Positions 28,268 to 37,117 are shown, numbered from the stretch's first letter. The stretch: 39,813 bases of DNA from an uncultured Rikenellaceae bacterium (GCA_947038135.1 CAMQVM010000001.1:1-39813), one strand, 5' to 3'. Translations and numbers: made by a program. The notes: a model not told the origin generated them from the sequence alone.

Positions 28268-28285
28268 AGGGTCACTAAAGCGAGG
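28263..28285 (+). promoter_or_regulatory. Dispersed motif copy D (TATAAAGGGTCACTAAAGCGAGG)
   Basis: A full motif copy of the G-variant at motif position 8. It overlaps the stop codon of ORF 27800-28267. Confidence 0.35.
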
Positions 28286-28320
28286 GCGAATTGGTGACGA
28301 TATCCGCAATGCCTGTGCGA

Positions 28321-28343
28321 TATGAAGAGTCACTAAAGCGAGG
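28321..28343 (+). promoter_or_regulatory. Dispersed motif copy E (TATGAAGAGTCACTAAAGCGAGG)
   Basis: One mismatch to the consensus. A strong hairpin plus T-tract follows about 35 nt downstream. Confidence 0.35.
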
Positions 28344-28374
28344 GCGGTTCGGTGGTGATGTTTCCTACAAAAAA

Positions 28375-28412
28375 AGAAAGCAAATACTTTCTTTTTAAAG
28401 TATTTGCTTTCT
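28375..28412. terminator. Bidirectional intrinsic terminator
   Basis: 16-bp stem AGAAAGCAAATACTTT / AAAGTATTTGCTTTCT flanked by an A-run and a T-run. Confidence 0.8.
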
Positions 28413-28427
28413 TTTATTTACTCTTTT

Positions 28428-28626
28428 AGTTTTAGTTCAATTTCAAGACCTAAAACATCAAGGTACTTAAGAAGTGAATTAATAGTGTAATTAGTCCTTC
28501 CCTCCTCCATGGCGATTATCGGAGTGGCGAAGTAAGGTTAAGTTGTTGCTTAACCTTACTTCTGCTTATCCCCTGTTCGAGGCGCAGGTTTTTAATAACT
28601 GCGCCAAGCTCTTCTTTTTTCTGCAT
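28428..28626 (-). pseudogene. Frameshifted XRE-family HTH gene (about 66 codons)
   Basis: The minus strand reads MQKKEELGAVIKNLRLEQGISRSKVKQQLNLTS, then after a 1-nt shift ...IAMEEGRTNYTINSLLKYLDVLGLEIELKLKE. Total length is 199 nt, not a multiple of 3. Confidence 0.6.
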
Positions 28627-28920
28627 CCTAGATTTTTTTAGAGAAAATCATTTCCGCTGTTTCGTTACAAATGATTGTAACAGATCCGCCCTGGTAATCT
28701 TCGAAATAACTACCAGCTTTCTTTTCATTGCAGTAGTCCATATGTTGCTCTGAAACCCATGTTATTAGAATTTTTATCATCTTGAAAATATACATCATAA
28801 GTGAGATTTTCGTTGCAAAACTCGATTTACGAAACCTAAGCCAAGTTTTCTATCTATATGGTCGTAAGCTCTCGCTGACAAAACTTCTGACCAGAGTATT
28901 AACTTCGACTCTGTGACATT
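28627..28920 (-). pseudogene. Decayed ORF remnants upstream of the XRE pseudogene (possible former toxin partner)
   Basis: Two ORF fragments in different frames, one with no ATG start (...ILWSEVLSARAYDHIDRKLGLGFVNRVLQ...; ...ITWVSEQHMDYCNEKKAGSYFEDYQGGSVTIICNE...). Family not recognised. Confidence 0.25.
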
Positions 28921-29010
28921 TGTGTGTATTTTAAAACAATCTCTGACAAAGAGAAGATGAGAAATAAGATGAATGAGGGGTTTTAATATTGATATATCAA
29001 AAATTATTTG

Positions 29011-29038
29011 TATCTTTGTATCTTGGGATAGGTATCCC
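29011..29038 (+). promoter_or_regulatory. Host-type -7 box TATCTTTG (29011-29018) followed by palindrome GGGATA-GG-TATCCC (29025-29038)
   Basis: Matches TAnnTTTG about 40 nt upstream of the methyltransferase ATG. The palindrome sits where an operator would. Confidence 0.5.
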
Positions 29039-29057
29039 TAATTTTAACATATGAATT

Positions 29058-31409
29058 ATGGACATCTCAGATATAAACACATGGTATAAAGAGTTTGGGT
29101 TACTTCCAGTACATCTAACACACAAAGGCATTAATAATAAATATTTGATGCTGAATGGTGGTATAGGTGATTTTTGTCTTCATCTTTCAATGCAAGGAGA
29201 TCTAGCGAATGCTATTTCATATAACTCAGATTCATGGTCAGCAAATACAAAAAATTTTGTTGTAATAGACAATGACAAAGTAACAATACACAACTGGCTA
29301 AAACAAGATCCTGAAGAAATAAAAATTAATGCTGTCTTAGGCAATTTAGATAAATTTTATTCATATTTATTATCTAAGTCGTATAGGACGGAGAATGATA
29401 TAATCCCATTTGTTATAGAGACATTTAGACAACTTAGGAATATTACACAAGAATCAAAGTCTCCTGCTATAGCTTTGAATTTATTATACAGATTGCTAAT
29501 TTCTTTAAATGAGGACTATTCAACTATTGACAGTGACAAATGGGGTATAGATAATGTTCCCATACCTAATCAATTCGATTTTTTTGTTGATAAAATAAAA
29601 AGTGGCATTAATTCAAAAGTCCCAAATATGGATATAATATTAAGACATACAGCTGGCGCCCTATTCCAAGAAGCTCATAGAGATGCATTATACTTCAATC
29701 CTCAAAGAGATTTATTTGGAGGTGTATCAAGTGATTTAATTACTAAACGAGACCTTTATACGAGTGCTCATTATACACCTCAGTATGTTGCAAGAACTAT
29801 TGTAGAGCAAAGTTTAGAGAAGGTTGATCTAACAAGCCTAACTTTAAAAATTTTAGATCCGGCTTGCGGTTCTTCAGAATTTTTAATGGAAGCTCTGAAA
29901 CAATTAAAAAACAAAAACTATATTGGCATTATTACTATACATGGCTGGGATATCTCTGATATAGCTATAAATACATCCCGCTTCTTACTGCAATACGAAA
30001 AAGAAACCATTTGGAAAGAGAAATTAAATTTTCAAATTGAGATTGTAACTGATTCCTTAAGAAAGGACTGGGATAATGATTATGATGTAATTTTAATGAA
30101 TCCACCATTTATTTCATGGGAACTTCTTGGCAAGGAATCAAAAGAATCTGTTATAGAAACCTTACAAGATGTAAATTTATCACTAAAGAAACCAAATCTG
30201 GCAAGTGCATTTTTTCACAAGGCGGCTAAATCTATTAATGCAAAAGGGGTATTAGGTTGTGTTTTACCAACCTCACTATTTATATTTGATAGCTATTCAA
30301 ATCTAAGAACCTCAATTAGTGATAGTCTAACATTATCATTAATAGCAAAACTTGGAGATTTTGTTTTTGAGGGAGCTTTAACAGATGTCAGCTTGTTTAT
30401 TGGGCATAGACCTCAAAATTCATTAGTAATGCCAAAATTAATTTGGTGTAATAATGAAAAAGGAGTGGTGGGTGCAGCTTTAAGAGACTTAAGAAAGATG
30501 TCAGCAAATAATAATGAATCGTTCATTGTAAGTGAAAAAAAATATAGCATTTATACTCCTGCTCAGTTCCCAATACTGAAAGATAATTGGAAGGTTGTAT
30601 CACATAACGAAAATAAATTCGTGATTGATTTAGATATTGCATTAAATCAACAGAGGTTAACAGAGCTTAATAATATATTTACAGTAAAACAAGGTATAAG
30701 ATCGGGGAGTAATACAGCATTTGTAATAAGTATAAGCGACTATGATAATTTACCTAACGAAGAAAAATATTTGTATCGCAAATCAATAAATAATGACAGC
30801 ATTAAAGGAGGTAAGCTAAATCTAACCAATTATATTTGGTATCCTTATAATACTGATGGATTGATCTTTAATAACGAAAAAAAATTACAACAGAGTGCGC
30901 CTAAGTCATATGATAGATTAAAGCCGTATATCGACTCTCTATCATCAAGAAAGAGTATCAGTCCAGGGTCATGGTGGAGCTTGAGTAGGCATAGAGTATG
31001 GGTAACAAAAGCTGAGCCACGTTTATTTTCAAATGAATTTGGTAATTCAAACTCATTTGCATTTGACAAGAAAGGTGACTATGTTGTTGAAAGAGGAAAT
31101 GCTTGGATACCTAAGAAGAAATTTAAAAATGAAGATTACTATTTTTACTTGGCATTTTTTGCTAGTGATATTTTTGACAAATTACTTTCTATATACAATA
31201 AGCAGTTGTCAGGAGGAAATAGTTATGATCTAAGTGCTAAATATTCAAAAAAGATTCCTATTCCAGATGTTCATAAATGTCGTGATAGTGCCGCATATAA
31301 TGACCTATCTCAGCTAGGACAGCTAATAATTGAAGATGGGAACAAATTTTATAAGAATAAAATAGATTATATATTAACTCAATATTTTTATATGGAATAC
31401 AATGGTTAA
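29058..31409 (+). CDS. Eco57I/type IIG-like gamma-class N6-adenine DNA methyltransferase, 783 aa
   Basis: YTPQYVARTIVEQSL (motif X), ILDPACGSSEFL (motif I, about 29857) and VILMNPPFISW (motif IV, NPPF at 30098-30109). Large N-terminal (~230 aa) and C-terminal (~400 aa) extensions. Confidence 0.85.
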   Translation: MDISDINTWYKEFGLLPVHLTHKGINNKYLMLNGGIGDFCLHLSMQGDLANAISYNSDSWSANTKNFVVIDNDKVTIHNWLKQDPEEIKINAVLGNLDKFYSYLLSKSYRTENDIIPFVIETFRQLRNITQESKSPAIALNLLYRLLISLNEDYSTIDSDKWGIDNVPIPNQFDFFVDKIKSGINSKVPNMDIILRHTAGALFQEAHRDALYFNPQRDLFGGVSSDLITKRDLYTSAHYTPQYVARTIVEQSLEKVDLTSLTLKILDPACGSSEFLMEALKQLKNKNYIGIITIHGWDISDIAINTSRFLLQYEKETIWKEKLNFQIEIVTDSLRKDWDNDYDVILMNPPFISWELLGKESKESVIETLQDVNLSLKKPNLASAFFHKAAKSINAKGVLGCVLPTSLFIFDSYSNLRTSISDSLTLSLIAKLGDFVFEGALTDVSLFIGHRPQNSLVMPKLIWCNNEKGVVGAALRDLRKMSANNNESFIVSEKKYSIYTPAQFPILKDNWKVVSHNENKFVIDLDIALNQQRLTELNNIFTVKQGIRSGSNTAFVISISDYDNLPNEEKYLYRKSINNDSIKGGKLNLTNYIWYPYNTDGLIFNNEKKLQQSAPKSYDRLKPYIDSLSSRKSISPGSWWSLSRHRVWVTKAEPRLFSNEFGNSNSFAFDKKGDYVVERGNAWIPKKKFKNEDYYFYLAFFASDIFDKLLSIYNKQLSGGNSYDLSAKYSKKIPIPDVHKCRDSAAYNDLSQLGQLIIEDGNKFYKNKIDYILTQYFYMEYNG

Positions 31410-32040
31410 AAATCATGAAGAATTAATAAAAGACTTGACTAAACGATGCAAAGTTATTATAGGACAAAGTTTTGATCTTAAATGCAGCGGATCTAATTCA
31501 ATGTTTCACTATACAAGCAATGGTACAGAAGAGGCTAAAAATTACAAAAAAGATTCTCCTAATCTTGTGAAAGTTTTACATTGGTTTGGTTCATTCTGGA
31601 TTTTTATGGAGGTTAGATTTTATGCTGGTGCAACTGCTCCATCACGCAAATCAAAACGTATAGTCGTACAAACATCTATTTCAATTTCAATATTTCAAGA
31701 TGAAAATGGGGCTAAGACTCAATTATTTAGGGCTGAATGGGATGACTTCTCAGAAAATAAAGGAAGTCATCCACAACCACATTGGCATATTGTATTAGAT
31801 AACCAAAATTACACCTCCTTCTTAGACTTAGTAGAAGAATACATAGGTGATGATTTTACATCTTTGCTAAAATTGCAGAATAAGCCTCTATTAAATATAA
31901 AGAATATGCACTTTGCAATGATGGAGAGTTGGCATCTAGAATCAAGTCATGCTAAAATTGAAAATAATGCTAACGTCGTAAGCTGGGTGATTGGTTTATT
32001 AGATCATATTAAAACCGAATTGATATATATAACCAATTGA
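31402..32040 (+). CDS. Hypothetical protein, 212 aa, translationally coupled to the methyltransferase
   Basis: The ATG overlaps the methyltransferase stop (ATGGTTAA). His-rich segment GSHPQPHWH. No known family recognised. Confidence 0.6.
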   Translation: MVKNHEELIKDLTKRCKVIIGQSFDLKCSGSNSMFHYTSNGTEEAKNYKKDSPNLVKVLHWFGSFWIFMEVRFYAGATAPSRKSKRIVVQTSISISIFQDENGAKTQLFRAEWDDFSENKGSHPQPHWHIVLDNQNYTSFLDLVEEYIGDDFTSLLKLQNKPLLNIKNMHFAMMESWHLESSHAKIENNANVVSWVIGLLDHIKTELIYITN

Positions 32041-32099
32041 CACTATCCGTTATGTGTAATTTAATCTAAATTACGTAATACACAAAGCGAATTTTTGTT

Positions 32100-32558
32100 T
32101 TACACGTCATCTTTACGTTTGAAATACTTAATACCATGTTCACGCATATACTTATCGATAATCTCATTGACTATAATTTTATAAAATTGCTTATTTTCTT
32201 TGCCATATTTTTTTAATAAATCTAGCTCAGGTATTTTCAGAATATGTTGATTAATCAAATCCTTTGTAATAACAATGTAATTATTAGTTACCCCCCTGTT
32301 GGGCAAGTCATTCTTCACATAGTCCTGAATTGTTTCCGTGAACGCATTGAAAAACCTAATATCATTATCAAGCAGGTATCTCTTAATCAACAACAATTTA
32401 TCTTTATGTACATAGATTGATGATTTAACCCTTATTTTTGTATCGTCTTCGTTTTGTATGCCAACAGATGGAGGTGCAACTGGTGGAGTTATAGGTTTAC
32501 GCTCTCCGAACATCGCACCTAAATTCTGCTTCATCTCGTCTTTTTTATTTTTGCTCAT
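32100..32558 (-). CDS. ParA-partner protein (putative centromere-binding / TraB-like), 152 aa
   Basis: Overlaps the parA stop by 14 nt. Basic N-terminus. Family not recognised by eye. Confidence 0.45.
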   Translation of the reverse strand: MSKNKKDEMKQNLGAMFGERKPITPPVAPPSVGIQNEDDTKIRVKSSIYVHKDKLLLIKRYLLDNDIRFFNAFTETIQDYVKNDLPNRGVTNNYIVITKDLINQHILKIPELDLLKKYGKENKQFYKIIVNEIIDKYMREHGIKYFKRKDDV

Positions 32559-33318
32559 AACCTAATTTAGTTAGAATTTCATTAGTTAACGATAAATAAT
32601 CTTGTGCACCATTTGACTGAGGTTTATACTCGAGTACTGGTTTTTTATAAATAACTGAATCAGCAACATCTACATTATCTCTTATTACACTTTTCAGCAC
32701 CACGCCTTGGTAATTGCTAATCAGGTATTCTTGAATTTGTTGTGTCGAGCTCTTTCGCTTATCATATTTTGTAATCAATATACCCAGCAGATTTAACAGC
32801 TCGTTTGTATTACACTTAACCTGTTCGATATACTCCTCCATCTCACGCAATCCATTAATTGACATCGCTTCTGTTTCTACAGGAATTATTAAGTCAGTAG
32901 CGGCAGTAAGAGCATTAATAGTTAACTTATTGATTGATGGCGGACAATCAATAATAATAAAATCATACACATCAGCAACCGAAGCTAATGCAGTTTTTAA
33001 AACATTATCGCTACCAACTCTTGACATTAGATTTAAGCAAGTTACACTAAGCGTTAAATTTGCAGGAATTACGTCTATCTTCTCAGAATAGGTATATATT
33101 GGCAATTTAACATCTTTGACTTTCTTAGCACTATAAACATCAACTAAAGTACCTCTATCATCTTCTATAATGCCTAATGCAAATGTAGCACTAGCTTGTG
33201 GATCTGTATCGACAATTAACACTTTGTAGCCTTTATCCGCCATGCCCGCAGATAAATTAATAGCAGTTGTTGTTTTTGCAACACCGCCTTTTTGATTAAT
33301 TAAAGCAATTATTTTCAT
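32545..33318 (-). CDS. parA: ParA/Soj-family partition ATPase
   Basis: Deviant Walker A NQKGGVAKTTTAINLS. VLIVDTDPQASAT. IIIDCPPS. Confidence 0.9.
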   Translation of the reverse strand: MKIIALINQKGGVAKTTTAINLSAGMADKGYKVLIVDTDPQASATFALGIIEDDRGTLVDVYSAKKVKDVKLPIYTYSEKIDVIPANLTLSVTCLNLMSRVGSDNVLKTALASVADVYDFIIIDCPPSINKLTINALTAATDLIIPVETEAMSINGLREMEEYIEQVKCNTNELLNLLGILITKYDKRKSSTQQIQEYLISNYQGVVLKSVIRDNVDVADSVIYKKPVLEYKPQSNGAQDYLSLTNEILTKLGYEQK

Positions 33319-33378
33319 ATCATTTTTTTATAATTAATAAGTAAACTATTTTTTAAATATTCTTTTACTTGTTTTGTA

Positions 33379-33711
33379 TTAAAATACATCTTTACTATTG
33401 GGAATATCTGAACTCTCGCCTTTGTTCACCCACCTACCATCGTATTTTTCCCACAGTATATGAGTATTTTTGTATTTATACAACAAATCTGTAATTGTCC
33501 CAGCTCTCGACCATAGATATACATTTATATATATCCAATTGGGGTGATTTTTCTCGATGATACTCTGATAGTATTTTAAAATGTTAGATATTTTACGGTG
33601 TTTAACAAAGCTACACGATGTGCAATTGTGTATTACTGCCATTTGGGCTTGCTTATTTCCTGCACAGGTATCACAGTAAACCTTAGTGATACAATTATAG
33701 TATCTTGCCAT
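33379..33711 (-). CDS. Cys-rich hypothetical protein, 110 aa (possible zinc ribbon)
   Basis: CITKVYCDTC...CTSC near the N-terminus. A TATCTTTG box lies at 33754-33761 (minus), upstream. About 60 bp upstream of parA on the same strand. Confidence 0.5.
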   Translation of the reverse strand: MARYYNCITKVYCDTCAGNKQAQMAVIHNCTSCSFVKHRKISNILKYYQSIIEKNHPNWIYINVYLWSRAGTITDLLYKYKNTHILWEKYDGRWVNKGESSDIPNSKDVF

Positions 33712-33776
33712 ACTTACTTATATTAGTGTTATTAGTAATTATTTATATCTCTGCAAAGATACAAATAAATTATTAT

Positions 33777-33820
33777 AAAAACAAGTAAAAAACTTTTTTT
33801 ACAGTTTTTTACTTGTTTTT
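33777..33820. terminator. 18-bp perfect inverted repeat AAAAACAAGTAAAAAACT-N8-AGTTTTTTACTTGTTTTT
   Basis: Read directly. Located downstream of the minus-strand higBA-1 operon. Confidence 0.5.
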
Positions 33821-33879
33821 ATAATACGCAATATTCTACGATTGATGTACTCAGATGTATTTTAAACCATTTGAGTGCG

Positions 33880-34245
33880 TCAAACTCCTAAAACAGTCGC
33901 TGCATCTACAGATAACTTTACACAAATTTGACGTGCTACTTTTAAAGTTGGTTCATGTTTACCTGTGATATACTCGCTTACTCTTGATGGGCTGACTCCT
34001 AGAAGTTCGGCGATATTTTTCTGTGTTAACTTCATCTCATACATTCTTAACTTTAGGATATCCTGTAATGTTGGTTGGCTGACTGGATGATGCTTCTCAT
34101 CATAGTCAGCAACTAAATTTGATAATAACACTAATTCTATTGAATTTACATCATTTTCAGGCGTGCCCTCTTCAACTATTAATAAAAGCTCATCTATGCG
34201 TTGCATCATGGCTTTGTACTCTGTTTCAGTTCTTATACTTGTCAT
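33880..34245 (-). CDS. higA: HigA-type antitoxin, copy 1 (XRE HTH), 121 aa
   Basis: Start reassigned to MTSIRTETEYKAMMQRIDELL. C-terminal HTH LTQKNIAELLGVSPSRVSEYITGKHEP. Immediately follows higB. Confidence 0.8.
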   Translation of the reverse strand: MTSIRTETEYKAMMQRIDELLLIVEEGTPENDVNSIELVLLSNLVADYDEKHHPVSQPTLQDILKLRMYEMKLTQKNIAELLGVSPSRVSEYITGKHEPTLKVARQICVKLSVDAATVLGV

Positions 34246-34249
34246 AATT

Positions 34250-34543
34250 TTATATGTTTTTGCAGTCCGTTTTGTCATACTCCTTATGTGTTCCAACAAA
34301 TCGTATATATACAATCTTTATTTTAAACTTAACGATAGCGACTAACCGATAGTCATTACCTTTAATGTTGAATACGAATCGCTGATTTCCCACACTATCA
34401 ACACTATTAAAGTCTTTTTTTATATCTGCAAAATTAGACCAATCAGATTTAGATACTTTCGTATACCATTCTTCCAATGCTGTTTTTGCTGATGCGTACT
34501 GTGTGTAGAAAAGTACTAATGTTCGCTGTGATACAATTCTCAT
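34250..34543 (-). CDS. higB: HigB-type (RelE-fold, mRNA interferase) toxin, copy 1, 97 aa
   Basis: Start reassigned to MRIVSQRTL...; the pattern ...DWSNFADIKKDFNSVDSVGNQRFVFNIKGNDYRLVAIVKFK...YIRFVGTHKEYDK is typical of HigB. TATCTTTG box at 34563-34570 (minus). Confidence 0.8.
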   Translation of the reverse strand: MRIVSQRTLVLFYTQYASAKTALEEWYTKVSKSDWSNFADIKKDFNSVDSVGNQRFVFNIKGNDYRLVAIVKFKIKIVYIRFVGTHKEYDKTDCKNI

Positions 34544-34699
34544 TATATTAATATTATAGCTCAAAGATACAAACAATATTCCACAAAACAAAATAATATT
34601 CTATAAAATAGAAATTATGGGTTATGGTTAACGCACTCCATATATTAGTACGTCAACTAGCAATTGTTATTATTACTGCAAAGATATAAATAAATCCTT

Positions 34700-34740
34700 G
34701 TAAAAATAAGTAAATAGGTGTTTTTATGTCTATTTACTTA
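34700..34740 (-). terminator. Terminator hairpin at the end of the recombinase gene
   Basis: 11-bp arms TAAGTAAATAG / CTATTTACTTA (34707-34717 / 34730-34740), followed on the minus strand by TTTTT. Confidence 0.5.
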
Positions 34741-35422
34741 TTTTTACAAATTCTTTCTTTATTCTCTGTACTGTGCTCACCCCTATCTTACAAGCCTTTG
34801 CAATACCTCTGATAGTGAAATGCACAGGCATTGTTACATTATGAGCTTGGAGTTTATGAGCTGTTCTAAGCATATCTATTACTTCGCTGTACTGTTGCTG
34901 TTTTTGTTCTCTCGACTTGTTAGACCCTTTTTTTCGTCCTAATTTACCACCTTGTTCTATATATAGTTTTCGACCACTATTCAAGCGGTATTGCGTATTA
35001 TCTCTTTCTATCTCTGCACAGGCACCAAGCACGGCAATCATTATATTAAGATATGGGTTATCTCTGCTGTCACCTTGAAATATACTTAAATTCTCTTTTT
35101 GGAAATATATATTTAGCTTGTTATCTTTGCACAATCTTATATTAGATAATATATCTTCTACCTTACGCCCTAGTCGTGACAATTCCGAAATAAGGAGTAT
35201 ATCTATATTTTTAGCAAAACAATAATCAATGCACTCGTTTAATACTATTTTATTTTTGTTCGGAACTGCTCCTGATAGATGTTCTGTAAAAATATTATCC
35301 ACCATGTAATTATTAGCAGCTGCATAGGTTGTTAAATCGACCACTTGGCGATCTGTGTTCTGCCTGTTCATGGCAGAAGATGAAGATACACGTGCGTATA
35401 TACATACTTTTATTTTTGTCAT
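34730..35422 (-). CDS. Serine recombinase (resolvase/invertase family), 230 aa
   Basis: N-terminal VCIYARVSS catalytic-serine motif, ...DRQ..., and C-terminal HTH IRGIAKACKIGVSTVQRI. Confidence 0.85.
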   Translation of the reverse strand: MTKIKVCIYARVSSSSAMNRQNTDRQVVDLTTYAAANNYMVDNIFTEHLSGAVPNKNKIVLNECIDYCFAKNIDILLISELSRLGRKVEDILSNIRLCKDNKLNIYFQKENLSIFQGDSRDNPYLNIMIAVLGACAEIERDNTQYRLNSGRKLYIEQGGKLGRKKGSNKSREQKQQQYSEVIDMLRTAHKLQAHNVTMPVHFTIRGIAKACKIGVSTVQRIKKEFVKISK

Positions 35423-35475
35423 ACTACATCATTTAATCTATTGCAGCTGCATAATATATCTTTAATAGGACAGGC

Positions 35476-36414
35476 TTATTTCCAAAGTGGCTCTTGAAGC
35501 CATTCATCTTGAAATCCCATAGCCTTTATATCTATGGATGGAAACTCATTTAACAACTCTACTAATTTCACTTTGAAGTTATTATTGGGTGATATTGATA
35601 ATAATAGATAGTTAATTATACATAGTCTGAGGTACAAATGTTTATTATCCACATATTTATCTAGCCATGGATATAGTGTTTTTATAGGAAGCGTAACAGA
35701 AAAAGGTAGCACCTTATTCCAAAGTCTACCATGATGGCAACAAATATTCCTCAAAGTAGAAAGAGAGAGCATCCAACTCTCTAAAACATCCATTTCAAGC
35801 CCTATTTTATTAGCAATTTTCTTTTTCAGTGAAGCACGTTTAATACCTTTGTAGATACGACTTAGGTCTCCAAATGTAAGAGTTTCTACTATCATCCATG
35901 ACGGTGGGTATTTATCTGAGTATTTAAGTTTGAAATGTTTTATAAAATCATCTGTACTCCTTTTAATACATTTGTCAATATTGCCAATAAATTCATCATA
36001 GCAATTTATTTCTATATGCTTAGACAAGCGCTTATCATAGTATTTTATAGTTTTGAAATTATCTTGATTAGTTATCCAAAATGGACTATTATAAAACTCA
36101 CTGGCTGTATTAACTATTATGCTTCTTATAGCTACTTCTATCTTCTCAATCTGATCGAAGCATATAACTCTTAGCTTCCTGTCAAAACGATACATATTCA
36201 GTGCTTGCTTAAAGCTAGAATCAGTTTTAAATATATGTTTTTGTTTGGGTTTTTCTAATAGCGGATAGAAATATGCGCTAAGTCTATAATAACCAATATT
36301 GTGAAGATACGCCCTAGTCTTATCTTCATTGTCTACCTGCATTCCTCGTTCTTGTAATAGAGAAACAAGCTGAGTAGGAGATCTATAAGTCTTTGTAAAT
36401 AGAGATTTTGCCAT
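35476..36414 (-). CDS. Abi_2 (AbiD/AbiF-like) abortive-infection family protein, 312 aa
   Basis: LHNIGYYRLSAYFYPL and ...LRNICCHHGRLWN are hallmark Abi_2 motifs. TATCTTTG box at 36480-36487 (minus). Confidence 0.8.
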   Translation of the reverse strand: MAKSLFTKTYRSPTQLVSLLQERGMQVDNEDKTRAYLHNIGYYRLSAYFYPLLEKPKQKHIFKTDSSFKQALNMYRFDRKLRVICFDQIEKIEVAIRSIIVNTASEFYNSPFWITNQDNFKTIKYYDKRLSKHIEINCYDEFIGNIDKCIKRSTDDFIKHFKLKYSDKYPPSWMIVETLTFGDLSRIYKGIKRASLKKKIANKIGLEMDVLESWMLSLSTLRNICCHHGRLWNKVLPFSVTLPIKTLYPWLDKYVDNKHLYLRLCIINYLLLSISPNNNFKVKLVELLNEFPSIDIKAMGFQDEWLQEPLWK

Positions 36415-36820
36415 GATATAAAATAAAACGACCCGCCGATTTGAGCATTGTAAAGAGGCTTGGCAGGTACTGTTGCCTGCAAAGATAATACATTATTTAG
36501 TAAATTACAACTTTCCTCACCTTTTTTTACCTTTTTTCACAATATATAAGTATTTCTATATCTTTTATTTTATCTACATTAGTATCTACATTAAGTCAAA
36601 TAAATCAAAGATTAAAATAAATACAAATATTACCTAATTTCATATTCAAAATAAGATGTTTTACATTTATTTGAACACGCTAGTTAAATGAATACAAAAA
36701 CTATTATGATATAATAATTTGTTTTGCTCTTGTATTTCATCACATAAATCTTTTGTTTTGTAAAATATTATTTTGTTTTATAAAATATTAATTATACCTT
36801 TGGTCTATAATAATATAACA

Positions 36821-37114
36821 ATGAGAATAGTATCACAGCGAACATTAGTACTTTTCTACACACAATATGCATCAGCAAAAACAGCATTAGAAGAATGGTA
36901 TACGAAAGTATCTAAATCTGACTGGTCTAATTTTGCAGATATAAAAAATGACTTTAATAGTGTTGATAGTGTAGGTAATCAACGATTTGTATTTAACATT
37001 AAAGGTAATGACTATCGGTTAGTTGCTATCGTTAAATTCAAAATAAAAATTGTATATATAAGGTTTGTTGGGACACATAAGGAATACGACAAAACGGACT
37101 GCAAAAACATATAA
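36821..37114 (+). CDS. higB: HigB-type toxin, copy 2, 97 aa
   Basis: Differs from copy 1 by a single amino acid (K/N), while the DNA is only roughly 90 percent identical by eye. TACCTTTG box at 36795-36802. Confidence 0.8.
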   Translation: MRIVSQRTLVLFYTQYASAKTALEEWYTKVSKSDWSNFADIKNDFNSVDSVGNQRFVFNIKGNDYRLVAIVKFKIKIVYIRFVGTHKEYDKTDCKNI

Positions 37115-37117
37115 ATT

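Larger units (their letters stand above)
28249..28365 (+). repeat. 58-bp tandem duplication (28249-28306, 28307-28365)
   Basis: Each unit is CAATGCCTGTGCGATAT[A/G]AAG[G/A]GTCACTAAAGCGAGGGCG..GGTG... It contains the last 19 nt of the preceding ORF plus one copy of the dispersed motif. Confidence 0.9.

Noticed and set aside
28286-28360. GGCGGTTCGGTGGTG and similar extensions after the motif resemble the enterobacterial ops element (GGCGGTAGnnT) bound by RfaH
   Set aside because: The match is only partial, it is inconsistent between copies, and no NusG/RfaH paralogue is encoded in the window. It is kept only as a remote alternative.
27204-31233. Short ORFs 27204-27446, 27778-27975, 30845-31069 and 31033-31233
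   Set aside because: They are antisense or off-frame within the methyltransferase-like gene, the 155-aa ORF and the Eco57I-like gene, with no independent support.
32056-32074. AT-rich hairpin GTAATTTA-ATC-TAAATTAC between the convergent 212-aa gene and the parA partner gene
   Set aside because: It is only an 8-bp stem, largely A/T, with no clear U-tract. That is too weak to call as a terminator in such AT-rich DNA.
34730-35422. Serine recombinase as the transposase of an IS or Tn3-type element
   Set aside because: There is no Tn3-type transposase and no short terminal inverted repeats or target duplications that I could find. The flanking inverted repeats are whole higBA operons, not IS ends.
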